From NCBI RefSeq assembly GCF_000143415.4, contig NW_003314271.1, positions 1,470,092 through 1,534,091 of the forward strand: a DNA stretch of 64,000 bases, given 5' to 3'. Under the pieces are notes generated by a model. That model did no database searches. It was not told the origin of the DNA and saw only the letters and a list, made by a program, of their open reading frames with translations. This document shows, piece by piece, positions 1 to 13,300 of the stretch (position 1 is its first letter; each line of letters begins with the position of its first letter). This stretch comes from Selaginella moellendorffii. Lineage: Eukaryota; Plantae; Lycopodiophyta. Made by a program: the position numbers and the translations under genes.

Positions 1-1751
1 GTGGCGCGTTTGGGAGGGTGTTTTTGGCCAGAAAAAAGACTACTGGTGATCTGTTTGCTGTCAAGGTCTGGAGCTATCATTTATATTCGTAGATTTCAAA
101 AAAAAAAAATCTGTTATGCTTTAATCAGGTTCTTCGAAAATCTGACATGATACGAAAAAATGCCGTACGGAGTGTTCAGGCTGAGCGCAACATCCTTATC
201 TCTGCTCGAAATCCATTTGTGGTAAGTTCACAAGTTTGACGTCTCAAACCCTGCTTAACATTTGGTTTGTAGGTCCGTTTTTTCTATTCTTTCACATGCA
301 GCGAGAACCTTTACTTAGTCATGGAGTACCTGAACGGAGGCGATCTATACTCATTGCTCATGAGTATGGGATGCCTTGAGGAGGACATGGCACGCGTTTA
401 CATCGCTGAGCTCGTACGTAGTTAGGAAGACCCTGAGTATGTTGTGACGTTATATACAGGTCCTGGCGCTAGAGTATCTGCACTCTTTAGGAGTTGTACA
501 CCGAGACTTGAAGCCTGGGAACATACTGATTGCGCACGATGGACATATCAAAGTAAGTGAATGGTGGTTTTTAAGTGACTAAAATTGTGCTTTCAGCTGA
601 CCGACTTCGGTTTATCAAGAATGGGTCTTATCAATAGCACTGACGACCTTGCTATTGCTATGAATGACGATAGGGAACATAATCAGCTAAAATCAGCAGT
701 GGGGACGCCTGACTACCTGGCCCCTGAGATTTTGCTGGGAACTGAACATGGTAACGTTTTTCTTACTGACACGAATTGTTGTTTTCATTGTACTGTTTTG
801 ATAGCACTTTTCTTACGGATTGTTGTTTTCATTGTAGACCATGCCGCCGACTGGTGGTCTGTTGGGATTATCTTGTACGAGTTTCTCACTGGTGTTCCTC
901 CATTCAATGCCGAGCATCCTCAGGTGCCTACCGAGGAATCATTTTGTCAATTATAACGCTCTTTCTGCAGATCATCTTCGACAACATCCTTAACAAGAAG
1001 ATTTCCTGGCCGCGAGTCCCGGAAGATGTATCATATGACGCCTGTGATCTAATAAACAGGTATGAGCTTCAATACACCAGAGCTCCATCTCAGAAACGAA
1101 ACTTACACAGGCTCCTCACCGATGATCCAAAACGACGCTTGGGTTACCGGGGTGCCGGAGAGGTGAAGGCGCATCCATTTTTCAAGGATGTGAAGTGGGA
1201 CATGCTTGCGCAACAGAAGGTACAAGAGAAAGCAATCTCTTCAATCTAATGGCGTTTCGTTTCGCTGTGATAACAGGCAGCATTCGTTCCATGCCCGAGT
1301 GACCAGCATGATACCAGTTACTTCAACTCGAGGTCCAGGTCCATGGACAGCATCGAGGAAGAGGATTCATTCGGGAGTACCTGCAGCATGGACTTGTTTG
1401 AAAACAAGCTTGGCGACGAGGTAAGCGAAGCAAATCTTTACACTCTTTCTTATAGCTTTCCATTGCTATAGGCCGATGACGATTGCCATGAGCTCACCGA
1501 GTTTGGATCATTCTCCCACGTCACATTTAGCAACTTCTCTTTCAAGGTATGCGAGACTCTCCCTCTCTCTCTCCCATTTTTCTTCCATCCCCCACTCCAT
1601 CTTCTCACCCAACTCTCATCTCCATCTCACTGCCGCGGTGGAAAAACCAAATTTTCAGAACCTCTCGCAGCTCGCGTCCATCAATTACGACTTATTGGTG
1701 CAAAACGGCACCGGCATGGAGTCAATGGGAGGCCGACTTTCCAGTCCATGA
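1..1751 (+). CDS. AGC-family Ser/Thr kinase, IRE/IREH1-like (MAST/Greatwall-related); 3' part, 5' end outside window, ~11 exons
   Basis: GT-AG spliced exons (~1-65, 129-221, 273-413, 460-552, 597-750, 838-923, 971-1059, 1111-1219, 1277-1420, 1472-1546, 1659-1751) give [102 protein letters not shown] and the IRE-type tail [20 protein letters not shown]. Confidence 0.93.
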
Positions 1752-2109
1752 CGAGAAACCGAAAACAATGAGAGGAAAACGAACGAAAAACGAAGAGAGC
1801 CTCTTTTGTAGCCGATTGTAAATACATTTTTCCCTTCGTACAAGTTTTTTGCACGGATGGCAATATCGTACGTGTTAGTTGGTACGGAGTTCTAGCAATG
1901 TCACGGGACTGGGACATTCTTACAGTTAAGACGCGGCGGTTCGCATCATCAATCAAGTCTCGTCGTTCGCGTCGGGCTTGCGCGTCTGTGAATGAATCCC
2001 GTGAAGAAGAAGAAGACGAGTAGGGGATCGGCAACGCTCCCAAATCTCTCTGGATGTTGTCAGCGAGGACCCATCGAATCGATCCAAGGAATCGCGCAGT
2101 TCTCATCAG

Positions 2110-3624
2110 ATGTTTAATTCCGGAGGAGGAGGAAGCAGTGCTCGGATGCGCTATAGCACTAGCACCAGCGCTTCCACATCGTCGCCCACCAATGCCGCCA
2201 AGATGCGCGCGGCGGCGTCGCTCCAGTCACCGCCCAAGACCAAGCCCGGTATGGTAGATTCCTACCATGGGGACTGGAGCCGCTCCAGCAACTCCACCTC
2301 CACCATTGCCACCAGCAGCTCCAAGAGGAAGAGCCTCAAGCAGCACGACCACTTCGCCAGCCCGCCCCGGAGAGTCTCCCTCGCGGTGGAGCAAAAGGAG
2401 AAGATCCTGAGCTTGACGGAGCTCAACAGCGCGCTGTCCAAGGAGGTGTCGGGGCTCCAGCAGGACAAGCGCAACCTCGCGGAGAGAGTCAACACCCTCG
2501 AGGACGATTTGCGCACCATCGGGGACAAGATCTTGAGCCTGGAGCAGGAGAAGCGCGAGCTGGAGGGGCGAGTGGACGAGTCCCGCGCGGATCTGGCCGG
2601 ACGGGAGAGCAAGATCCAGGCGCTGACGCACGAGAAGCGCAAGGTGGAGTCGGAGAAGCTGACGCTGCTCGACGCCAAGGGCTCGCTCGAGTCGCAGCTG
2701 GTGGAGAGCGACAAGAAGGTGAAGGAGAGCTCCAAGCGCGCCGAGGACGCCGAGGCGGTGGTCGCGGTGGCGGTGGAGGAGATCGACAGCCTGGGCCACC
2801 GCCTCCAGCACCAGTCCTTCATCTCGGAGATCGCCAAGAAGATCGAGCTCAACGGGCTGCAGTCGTGCAAGGGCGCGCTGCGCAAGGAGCTCAAGCGCTT
2901 CTCCGGCATGGTGATGAAGGCCAAGGAGGAGGTGGGCGAGGCGCGGGAGCTCATCCAGGCGCTCAAGGCGGAGGAGGGGCGGTCTCGGGAGGAGAGGTCT
3001 AAGCTGGAGCGCGCGCTCGAGGCGGCGATCGAGCGCTCGGGGCAGCTGGAGAAGCAGGAGAAATCGCTGCTGGGGCACGTCCAGCTGCTGGAGGAGAGGG
3101 TGGTGGAGCTCGAGACGGAGCTGAGGGCCGTTAAGGCGGAGAGGGAGAGGGCAGTGGCAGAGGCCTCGGCGGCGGAGGAGATGTGCTCGTCCGAGCACGG
3201 CCTGGACGCCATCCGGCACAGCATCGCGCTCCTGCGCGAGAACTCGCAGCGCGGGATGGAGAAGGTGGCGCTTCTGCAGCGGCAGATCGCCGAGGACCAG
3301 CTGCAGGGCGGGCACGCCATCGATCTGGACGCGGCAAGGGCGGGGCTGGAGCAGCAGATGAAGGAGATCATGGCGGGATCCATGGAGGCCATGGTCAAGG
3401 CGGAGGAGCAGCTCCTCCAGCTGCGGCACGAGGTGGACGGGTTGAGCGCGGCGCTGGCGGTGGCCAGGGACGCGAGCGCCGAGAGCGAGAGGGACGTGTG
3501 GGCGGCGGTGCGGCGACTGGGCCGGGAGGACTCGTGGATACCTCACATCCCTGCCAGCGCCACCTACATTCTAGCGCTGGGCCTCTTCGCCTACGCCATC
3601 TACAGCTCTTCGTCTAGCGAGTAG
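2110..3624 (+). CDS. Intronless long coiled-coil protein with C-terminal transmembrane anchor (tail-anchored; PMD1/PMD2-like architecture)
   Basis: 504-aa ORF with GC-rich codon usage, Ser-rich N-terminus, heptad-rich E/K/L/A body and terminal hydrophobic segment ATYILALGLFAYAIY. Confidence 0.8.
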   Translation: MFNSGGGGSSARMRYSTSTSASTSSPTNAAKMRAAASLQSPPKTKPGMVDSYHGDWSRSSNSTSTIATSSSKRKSLKQHDHFASPPRRVSLAVEQKEKILSLTELNSALSKEVSGLQQDKRNLAERVNTLEDDLRTIGDKILSLEQEKRELEGRVDESRADLAGRESKIQALTHEKRKVESEKLTLLDAKGSLESQLVESDKKVKESSKRAEDAEAVVAVAVEEIDSLGHRLQHQSFISEIAKKIELNGLQSCKGALRKELKRFSGMVMKAKEEVGEARELIQALKAEEGRSREERSKLERALEAAIERSGQLEKQEKSLLGHVQLLEERVVELETELRAVKAERERAVAEASAAEEMCSSEHGLDAIRHSIALLRENSQRGMEKVALLQRQIAEDQLQGGHAIDLDAARAGLEQQMKEIMAGSMEAMVKAEEQLLQLRHEVDGLSAALAVARDASAESERDVWAAVRRLGREDSWIPHIPASATYILALGLFAYAIYSSSSSE

Positions 3625-3890
3625 TGGATTTACCACAATGGACATTATTTTGACTTTCATTGACTTTTTTATTCGAATTTAAATTTAATATCTAAATAAA
3701 ATATAACATTTTCGATTAATTTATCGTTTATTCTTTTGGTGACTTGCAACATGAAATTAAAACGATATGGATAGGAAGATAGCTAGGAAGCTGTTAAAGA
3801 TGTATATATAACAGTGGTTTTAGATTTATTTATATCTATGGAAGTGTTTGGCTAACAGGAAGTTGAGATTGACATTTTTGTTCCTAACAG

Positions 3891-4536
3891 GAAGCTTGTG
3901 GACAAAGGTAGCGGCAGCAAACACTTACGCAACGCCATCAATTGAGACCTGGCTGCCGGCTTCCAAATCATAAACCTGAAGTAAAAACGGCTTCACAAGA
4001 ACAAATTTCTGTTCCTGACTTTGGAATTAATCCAGCTGAAGCGGACGATTCCAAAAAGCTCATTGGCATTCTCCAGTCGAAGGGCATCACTTCCATTGGG
4101 TAAGACTGCCTTGTGATCATCTCGAATCTGAATTTGCTGCTGCTGCCTCCACAGCGAAGGTTGCAACCACCATTGACAAGGAAAGCTCGGATTGAAACGC
4201 ATGTCACCCTGTTTTCACTGGTAAGTCATATTCTTCAGTCGTGATTTTTCTGATTTCACTTTGATTACCAGCTCGTAAACCACCCATCGCATTTCTAGCA
4301 GCAGAAGTCGATCAATCTTGCCCATTGAACTTGTTAAGGTATTCCTTGAGAAAGCAGAGAAAGTAAACTTTGATTACTGTAGTCTCTATTTACTCTTCGC
4401 TGATCAATGCACCTTTGGAAACAGACACGTAAAGAGCGCTGAAGAAGCTCACGACGACTTCATCGCTTGGTTCCGCAAGCATCTCTTAAGATGCAGCCAT
4501 TTTCTAAGTAAAAACCGGCCGTTCGTGTACCTGTAG
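3891..4536 (+). pseudogene. Degenerate dienelactone hydrolase family (endo-1,3;1,4-beta-glucanase-like alpha/beta hydrolase) gene
   Basis: Intron-separated fragments RKLVDK-VAAA, DDSKKLIGILQSKGITSIG, KPPIAFLAAEVDQSCP and HVKSAEEAHDDFIAWFRKHL match the family. The GxCWG nucleophile motif was not found and frames are disrupted. Confidence 0.6.
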
Positions 4537-4837
4537 CGCTTTCAGAAGACTTTCGGTGTGTGGACCGAGTAAGCCTTTGTTTACAAATTTTCTTTATACA
4601 AGACCGCAGCATTTTAGTTATAGTTAGTGTCAATGCAGAAAGCTATTAAATGCGTGCTGTGAGAGAATTTTTAACACTTTTTCTTACATTCTTCACCTTG
4701 TTGCAGACTTGGGAGCCTGAAGCCTGAGGCCTATACAGGAAATGCAAGTGATTGGGAGGCCTGTCATCGATCTGAATGATCAATTAAATGAATCAGAGCT
4801 AAAAAAAGTTAATGATATTCGGATATATGCAAGGTTT

Positions 4838-5837
4838 ATGGTGCAGCTGCTCATGAAAAGGAGGGGCGACTTCCTGGTGGACTCTGTAATGGATTGTTTG
4901 GGACAGAGGCTATGACACTAGCCATTGTGGACATGGCAAGATTACAGGATCCAGCATGTATTTGATCACGCGTGCGTGCAGGGTAGAGTGATGTGTGCAG
5001 GGTAGAGTGATGTGTGCAGGGCAGAGTGACGGGTATCAGCAGAATTGCAATGGAGGCCAACGTCCCCAAGAAGCCCACATATCATGACACTATGAAGGTA
5101 TTTGGGATGACGACCTCACTTACACCAATGTTCGCCTTTGCATCGATGGCTACAAGAGGGCGCCAACAATGATTGAAGCAGTCCAGGAAGAGCTCCAGCA
5201 GCCACAGAAGATGCCATTGTTTAGACGACGTCTGATCAAGTACATGAGATTAGGCATGATACCCCGTGAGATTCGAGGGCGTGGCCCGGGATCGAGAAAG
5301 TTTCTGCAGGAGATGGTTTCTTGGGTGGATGTTCAGCGGTGTTGGATCACTGGAGATGCAGGTGCGGCTGGTGTTTGATGTGCGGATGTTGGCACATGAG
5401 TGGGAGTTGGTGTTGACAAGTCCAAGTCGTTGGATAGATTGCTTGGGATGTACACATACTGCTCGCCTGATGTTGAATTCGATAACGGGATGAATCAAGA
5501 GGATTTTGATCACGAGACTTATGATGAACTTGTTGAGGACCTGGAAGTTGCAAAGATGGTGGTGCAGAATGGTGGCTTCGACAAGATTTGGACCTGGCTA
5601 GGGAATGCGTGTGTGAATCTCTTCAACTTTCAGGTCGGGGGTGTGGAGGAGATCATCAAGTGGTATGGTGAGCTCAAATTCAAACCCAAGAGAAATGATG
5701 AATATGACGAGAACATTGAGGATGACTTTAGCCTGGGTGAACACCCAAATAAGCAGCAAGTGAAATACAAGATGACCAAGAGAGGTTTGTGACCTCTCAA
5801 AAGAAGTTCAAGCTCTGATCCGAAAGAGGAAGAATAA
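4838..5837 (+). pseudogene. Unknown ~340-aa intronless ORF, copy 1 (frameshifts and stops)
   Basis: M(V/A)QLLMKRRGDFLVDSVMDCLG...MPLFRRRLIKYMRLGMIPREIRG...ETYDELVEDLE...KYKMTKRGL.PLKRSSSSDPKEEE*; homologous to 33617-34619 and 38447-40087. Confidence 0.7.
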
Positions 5838-7100
5838 GAAGTAATGAGATTCTTGTAAGGTTAAATCCAGCAGTCAATAGGGTCCACTCTATTTAACTCT
5901 AGGGTCTCTCACGAAGCTGGCAAAAGACAAGGACAACTTCCTGAGAGCAAGTGCCACCCTCCATTCTCCTACTTTCTTGGGCGGAAAACTACCATGCAAG
6001 TGTTGAGGATTTCCTCACTGGAGCTAGAGCACCTTTTCTATCTAATGTATATGCTGTTTTGATAGAAAGATAAACTAATGATGCAAGAAGGTTCACTGCT
6101 ACGTATACCTTTCCAAACAATAGTGATTGATGGATGCTAGAATTGATGCTTTACAATGGGTAGATAATGGTTATTTTTCTTTCAGAATCTAAAGATACTC
6201 AGACAGCATTTAATAGTGTGGAGGAGTCGTGGCATTAAATCTAAAACCCTCCACACAAGATCGGAAATACCAAGGCTAATGTATGCAGCGAATGTGCAGG
6301 AAATTTTTCTTTTTTCTTTCTTTCCAGTCTCTAGAGAGGTTCATGCACTCATGATATTTAGATGATGATTAAGTTCAACTCACTAGCGGGATTTAAGAGT
6401 CCCCAACATCATTCAGATATAGATTGAAGTTTGATCGAGTTCTTCTCAAGTCATGACAGGTCGGTCATCCACGCTGAATCACCCCCAAAAAAGTTTTGTA
6501 CACTACCAACTCACAGTTTTTCTCTCTTATATAACAGCAGCAGCAATCGAGAACAAAAGAGAGATCATAGCAAAAAAGCCATAAGGGCCAAACATCTCTC
6601 CTTCTCGTGTTCCATTATTTTCTTTCTAACGCTACAGATCAAGGAGGATGTGAGAGAAATGCAAGCAAGCTGGGAGAGGAACAATTTCAAGGATTTGCTT
6701 GGATGAGGAAAGCTTGGTGTCGTCACGCTGGAGTTAGCTACGCGAGCTCGACCCTGGATCAGTCGGGCAGCCTCTCCAGCGTTGCTTTTGCAACGATGCT
6801 CAAGGCAATGGAACTTTTCCAACGTCCAAAACGTGCTTGACAAGCGAGGCTGCACTCACAGCGAGAGTCGATTTCCCCTTCAAAGAACTGCCTATCATAA
6901 CAAAACTATCAACTTACAGCTTGCAACCGAATAGAATCCCCTCTTAGTTGCCTCGATGTAGTGATCGTGTTTGCTTTGCTTTTGCTAGAGCTGCTTTGCC
7001 TAGTTGAAATATCAAACAAAGAGAGATGACAAACCACACCTCCTTTGCTGTATATCTGCAATTCTGACTATCGTGATCCACTCGTAAATCCTCGACCACC

Positions 7101-7388
7101 TGTCTCAACAAAAAATCAGGGGACTCCGACCTTGAACCCAGGGCTGCATCGGAGCCATAGATTAAATCATGCACAGCATATAGTATATGCTAGCAGTTAG
7201 AACCGTTAGCTTTTCAAAGGGGGGAATCTGAATTGTGGATCCCTATCTCCATTCCATCATTTATCTTATCAATACACAACATTCTTTTACTTGTGCTTCT
7301 TCTCAGCCCTTGGAGATTGGGCCTTTTTCTCTTTTGTTTTCTTACTAATAATAGATTTCCAGCGAAGAGGAGTTTTTACACCTCTTCA
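7101..7388 (+). repeat. 5' LTR of outer gypsy element (288 bp)
   Basis: TGTCTCAAC...CCTCTTCA; about 14 substitutions and one 6-bp indel versus 24624-24917. Confidence 0.95.
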
Positions 7389-10300
7389 TTTGGCGACCAC
7401 GGCTTTTGAATTCCCCTTTAGGTTCACAAATTCTTCCATTCTTTCTCCATTCTCTGTGCACAGATAGCGAGAACGATCCAGAAATTTACCCACCTCCCCA
7501 AATTTGCCCAAATTACGCCCTAATTCGTAAATTCGCCCAAATGCCACTGCCAACATGGATCAACAGCGTCCAAGCAGTCACTGCCCAATGCAGTAGAGAC
7601 AGACACTTTCCAGAGGAGATCTTTGAAGAATCTAAAAGCTCTCTCTCAAGATCTCCAAGTCCAATCACCGATGGAGAACACCAATGACCCTCTTTGACAA
7701 GAAACTCCAATCTACCAGCACCTTCATCAGCAGATGCCCTCAGCAGCTTCATTGGCAAACTCCATCTCCGAGCACAAGACCACCCACTCCAAGCTCGAAA
7801 CCTCAACTAGCGCGCTCGACACAAACCGACACCACTGCCGAAACAAACCCAAATTCCGTGTAGTCGTCGACCTGGCAATCCTAGTGCTCCGACACGATTC
7901 CAGTTCCTGCGCCCAGTCCCAATATTGAAGCACATCCTCAGAACCTACACCAACAACGAACCCATCACTTTGTTACCCGGTATCGGACAACTTGTCGAGG
8001 GACAACTTCACAATGCACCATTGATTTTTTCGACAACCCCTCCGACAAAGTCAGCAGCTCAGCACCAAAACAACAGTCCAAACTCGATTTGAAATCAACA
8101 CGTTCGCTGCAACAACTCTCGCCAATCACGCCATCGCCCAATCCGGACTCGAACAACTCGATGACATTATCGAAGAAATCATTCCAGACAAACCCAAATA
8201 TCTGAAACTCTTCATCAAACTCCATCTTGGCACCAGCAAGTGGAAGACCAGTTTGCATACTGCACCAGCACACTCGACCCAACACAACTCGGCTGAACAC
8301 AACCCAACCCAACACGCACCACCATTGATATTTGCATTGAAAAGAAAGAACAAGCTCACAATGACTTTATCGACAATTGGCCCGCCAACAGTCTTCCCGA
8401 AGTTCTACCTGAACTGCATGATTGACTGCAGACACGAATCTGACACTGACAACCAGTAGAAGAATGCATGTATCCAAAACCACGAAGAACATCCAGCAAG
8501 TCGGAAGAAGATTGACAACGGCTTATCTGACGTTTAGATAGAGATTTGAAGAATTTAGAAACAAAGAGAAAGAAAGACCAAGAGAAGTTGAATCAAGTTG
8601 TTAGACCCTCGAAGAGAGAGAATTACATCTGACATGAATTATTACTACGAGCTAACTCCGACGAACTAGTATTGGACATCCGCAAAGAATACGATGACTA
8701 CACAACACCACCAGACACACCACCGGTAGCACCCTCGATGGCACCCACTGAAGTGCCCGAGCCTGAATCAACACCCTCGATGGCACCCACCAAAGTGCCC
8801 AAGCCCGACCGAACATTCAAGCAGCTGACACAGACTACGCCGAGCAACAAAACATTTTTCAAGCAGCATACAACCACTTCAAAGGTACATTCACCATCCC
8901 CATCTACAGTGACGACGAATGACCAAGTTTCCCGCCCAGCTTCACAAACTTCACCAGACCAACACCATTTTCGCCATACCGACCGATCTTCATAACACCA
9001 ATATATCCCACATTTTCTTCCAACATCTACCGAAGCTTGCTATCAGCAAGACCTTTCAAACATGCTTTCGACTTCAATGTGCCGACAAGACAACAACTCG
9101 ACTTCACCAATTACAGTCGCACTCCACTATACCCAGTCAACAGCAGTAAAGACAAACAACCCAAATCGCCCAATAGTCAACCACTCGACGTCAACAACTC
9201 ACACCAAGCTGCTGAACAGCTACAATCATCCAACAACAACAAGATCGACGAACCAATTGTCGATGACAACAATCTTCCACAGCAACCACAATCACCACAC
9301 AACTATATGTTTGAAGAACACTTTGACAATTTAGAAGAACAACCACAACCAACATAACATAACTCCGACAAGTACGTTGACAACAAGTTCGAGCACCATC
9401 TTCCGAAAATCAACACCGGCAAGCAACTCGACACCGACAATGACATCAACGACACACCCGAAAACAGTCCCAACACAGAAGAGAAAACAAAGAAGAGTCC
9501 ACTAAACAACAACAACAATTCACCACCTTCCTCTTACACCAACTTTGCCATTGACCCCGACAACCCCTTGCTACAAATCACCTTAGGACTCCATGGTGAC
9601 AACCTGACAAAACAACCTCGACAATACTGACATTACTACCAACAGCAAATGGCAGTCACTACTGTTGTCGCCAACATACCTGTCGGAAGACACATCTCCT
9701 ATCCACTATTTCATGGTCTGAAGTCAGAAGATGCCGAGAAACATGTTGAACAGTTTTGAGAAGCAATCTGAATCAACGGCCAGACGACCGAACTTCCATA
9801 CTACTTCTGATGTACCCTTCAAAAGAGAGCCAACAAATGGGCTCAAGCGCTTCCTCAAAATACAAGTTTTGACAACCTCACACTCAAGCTCGTAGACCGA
9901 TTCAAGTCTTCCCTCACTCAAAGCCAACAACTTCACAAGATCCAAAAACTCAAGCAGAAGTCCGGTCAATCCATCGACGACTACACTCAAACCTTCACTC
10001 GACATGCTAGCAAATGTGGCAACAGTGCCACCGAAACATTACTTTACCCATGGTACATGCAAGGACTCCAATGATCCCTCCAAGAAGCGGCAACACACAT
10101 CAATGTTGCCACTTACCTCGAACTCGCAAGAGCCCTTCAAGATGTTCAAGCTCGACGAATGATAGCACAAGTAGACAACACGGATAACTCAGATTCTGAC
10201 AGTAGTTCCGATGACGACTCTGATGATGAACTCGGAGAGAGCACCAAGTCAAAACTTTGGAAACTCAGAAAAACAATCGATAAGCTCAAGGGAAAAGCCA

Positions 10301-13300
10301 AGGCCGACATCAAAGAATTTCGATCTGGAATTTGGTGTACTAAGTGCAAGAACAAAGGACATCCGACAAGTGACTGTAAGCTCCAAATCTCCAAATGCTA
10401 GATCTGTGCCAAAGAAGGTCATGATGCCAAGACTTGCAGATTTCGAAATTCTCCAGAACTTCGACAAGTCTCGAACTATCCCCAACAGCAGTTTCAACAA
10501 CCATATCCAAATCAATACTTCGACAATTACCAAGCACCACCTCCAACAAACTGGAGACCGCTGAGAAACAACTTCCAACACCAGAGTTGACAATGGAATG
10601 ATCAACCTCGCTACAACAACTACAACAATTACAACAAGGACTACAACAACAACTACAATGATCAACAATACCTGCTGAACCGGAACTACCCGGCAAACCG
10701 AGACAACTACAACTAAGGATACCAACAATACCCAAGATACCAAAACCGAAGATACCAAGGCCAAGGTTATCAAGACCAGGCCTACCAAGGCAACTACAAC
10801 AACCGACCATGGCAACCTCGACTTCAAAACCAAGGCGGTCCGTCGAGACTTGGTCCGCCGCCTCCTCGACAACAAGATCAGAACCAGCAGCAACCACCAA
10901 CAACAAGGATGGTCGAGACTGACGAACTACCTTATGCCGACAATGATGACTCTGATTGTCAAGTCATGGCAGTACAAACCCGAGCACAAATTCGAGCAGA
11001 AAAACAACAACAACCAAACATCGTGAAGAGAATGGCCAGGAGAGCCCGACAAAACTCTGGGAATGGAAAAAGAAGCAGAAGTTAGCTGCCAAGATACAAA
11101 GGCAACTCACTCTACAACCACCTGAATTAGTGATTTTAGACTCCGACAATGAAGCTCAACCATCACCAGCTCGACAACAATGCCAAGACTCAATACCAGA
11201 AAACCAACAGACAAATCGTCCCACATCGACACCAACACCAGAACACAATTCGGAAAACTTCGACGAAGTCCAAGAAGTAGCAGAGACTATCCTCAACCAA
11301 AATATTCAGATCACCGTCGGCCAACTGCTGAAGATTGCACCCTACCTCACCAAACAGCTCACCGATCTGACATCTGCACCGACCAACACTTTGACAGACT
11401 CATCCACACTCAACTCGACACAGACAGCTGTTGACACATTTCGAACTGAGATTCAACCAGGCAATTGTGACAATGATGTTCCGACAATTGACCTATGACT
11501 TGACAAACACCTTGTTTGAGGAGCCATAATTGACAGCGGCTCCAGCATTAATATTATTGAAGAAAGTCTTGTTCAACAACTCAACATCGGCCCAGTCCAT
11601 CCAGCACCTTTCAATGTCCAAATGGCCGACCACCAATCTATTCAACCCAAAGGCATCATCCGAAAAGTCAACACCACCATTCAAGGCGTCAAAATACCAG
11701 TCAACTATGTTGTCCTCAAACTACTAGAGCAAACTGATGGATACTCGATTCTCCTCGGTTGACCTTGGCTCCGAACTGCCCAAGTTTATCAAGACTGGCC
11801 CAATGACAATCTTATCCTTTGAGGACCGAACGGACCAACAGCCGTGTCGACAAAAGTGACCAAATCGCTGTCCAGCCACAACCGACCTATTGACTTGGAA
11901 GAATATAATCTCGAAGATGGCCTCGACGACTATGAAGAACAACAAATTCTCAAAACCTACCCCAATCTCAAACCTTTGGCTGAGATTGACCTGTTTCAAA
12001 TTGTCGCCGACTTCCAACGAGAACGACCCCCGATTACATCAGCACTGAAAAATCCAGTCACTCGAGATACAAAACTCAAACCGCCACCGGCATTCACAAT
12101 CAACAACCACAACAAAGTTGCCTACATTCCGTCCATTCCAGCTGACCAAAAACTCAAAAAAGTCAGCCTCGCTGACGACGGCAACAAACACAACATTGTA
12201 CTCGCCACTGACATCTCGGCAAGTTTTCGAGTCAAAAGAAGAAACACTTGTTTGCTTGGAGTTACCGAGACCTTAAGGGAGTTTCACCAACACTCAGCCT
12301 TCACACCATCACCCTTCTTCCAGACTCAAAACCAAGAAGACAAGAAGCCTACCGGATGAATCCAAATCTGATGGAACAAGTAAAGAAAGAACTTGACAAG
12401 CTTCTCCAAGTCCAATACATCTACCAGATTCAGAATCCAATATGGCTTTCACCACTGGTGGTTGTGCTGAAGAAAAATGGCAAACTTCGAATCTACGTCA
12501 ACTATAAACAACTCAATGACGCCATCGAAAAAGATGTCTTCTTGATACCATTTACCGATGAAGTTCTTGATGCAGTCGCCGGACATGAGATGTACTCCTT
12601 CCTCGATGGTTTCTCCGGCTACAACCAAATTCACATCACCGAAGAAGATCAGCACAAGACAGCATTCATCAGTCCATGGGGAGCTTATGCTTACCAACGA
12701 ATGCCTTTTGGACTCTGCAACGCCCCATTCACCTTCCAAAGGCTCGTCACCAACACTTTTCAAGACTACCTCACTGACTTCATGAGAGTCTTCATGGACG
12801 ACTTCAGCGTTTTCAGCTCGGAAGATCGACATCTTGAATGCCTGGAGAAATGCCTTAACAAGTGCGAGGAGAACAACATAGCACTCAACCCCGACAAATG
12901 TGCTTTCTTTGTCAAATCTGGAGTACTTCTCGGCCACGTTGTCTGCAAAGACGGCATTCTCATCGACAAGGACAAAGTTGACGTCATCTCCAAACTCGAA
13001 CCGCCGAAGAATCAGAAAGAACTTCAGGGCTTCCTTGGCAAAGTCGGATATCACCGACAATTCATCCACAAGTATGCTCACTGTCAGGAATCCCCCAATT
13101 CTTGCCACATTCCTAACTCTCGCCGGATTCCTGACCTGCAGACCACATTCCTGACTCTCAAGACACTTCCCTATTCCTGACTCTCGAGACACCTTCCTAT
13201 TCCTGACTCTCGAGACACTTCCCGATTCTTGAGTCTCGAGCCACATTCCTGATGATGATGTGGCGCCTCCTCGACCTCAGCTATATTTAGGCCGTCCTCG

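Noticed and set aside
499-525. Kinase catalytic loop HRDLKPGN instead of HRDLKPDN
   Set aside because: That position is variable in active kinases; the catalytic D, K and N are intact
2227-3546. Long antisense ORFs (439 and 378 aa)
   Set aside because: Shadows of GC3-rich codon usage in the + strand gene; the same applies to antisense ORFs over the PPR, F-box and 62395-63324 genes
4975-5030. 19-bp triplet repeat (and a 19-bp doublet at ~26004-26041)
   Set aside because: Copy-specific slippage duplications absent from the sister units
7101-7388. Sequence first read as part of the tandem unit
   Set aside because: Absent from copies 2 and 3 and bounded by TG/CA with TSD and PBS, so it is an LTR
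10249-10906. Hydrophobic and Cys-rich minus-strand ORFs
   Set aside because: Antisense of the (AAC/TAC)-rich gag linker
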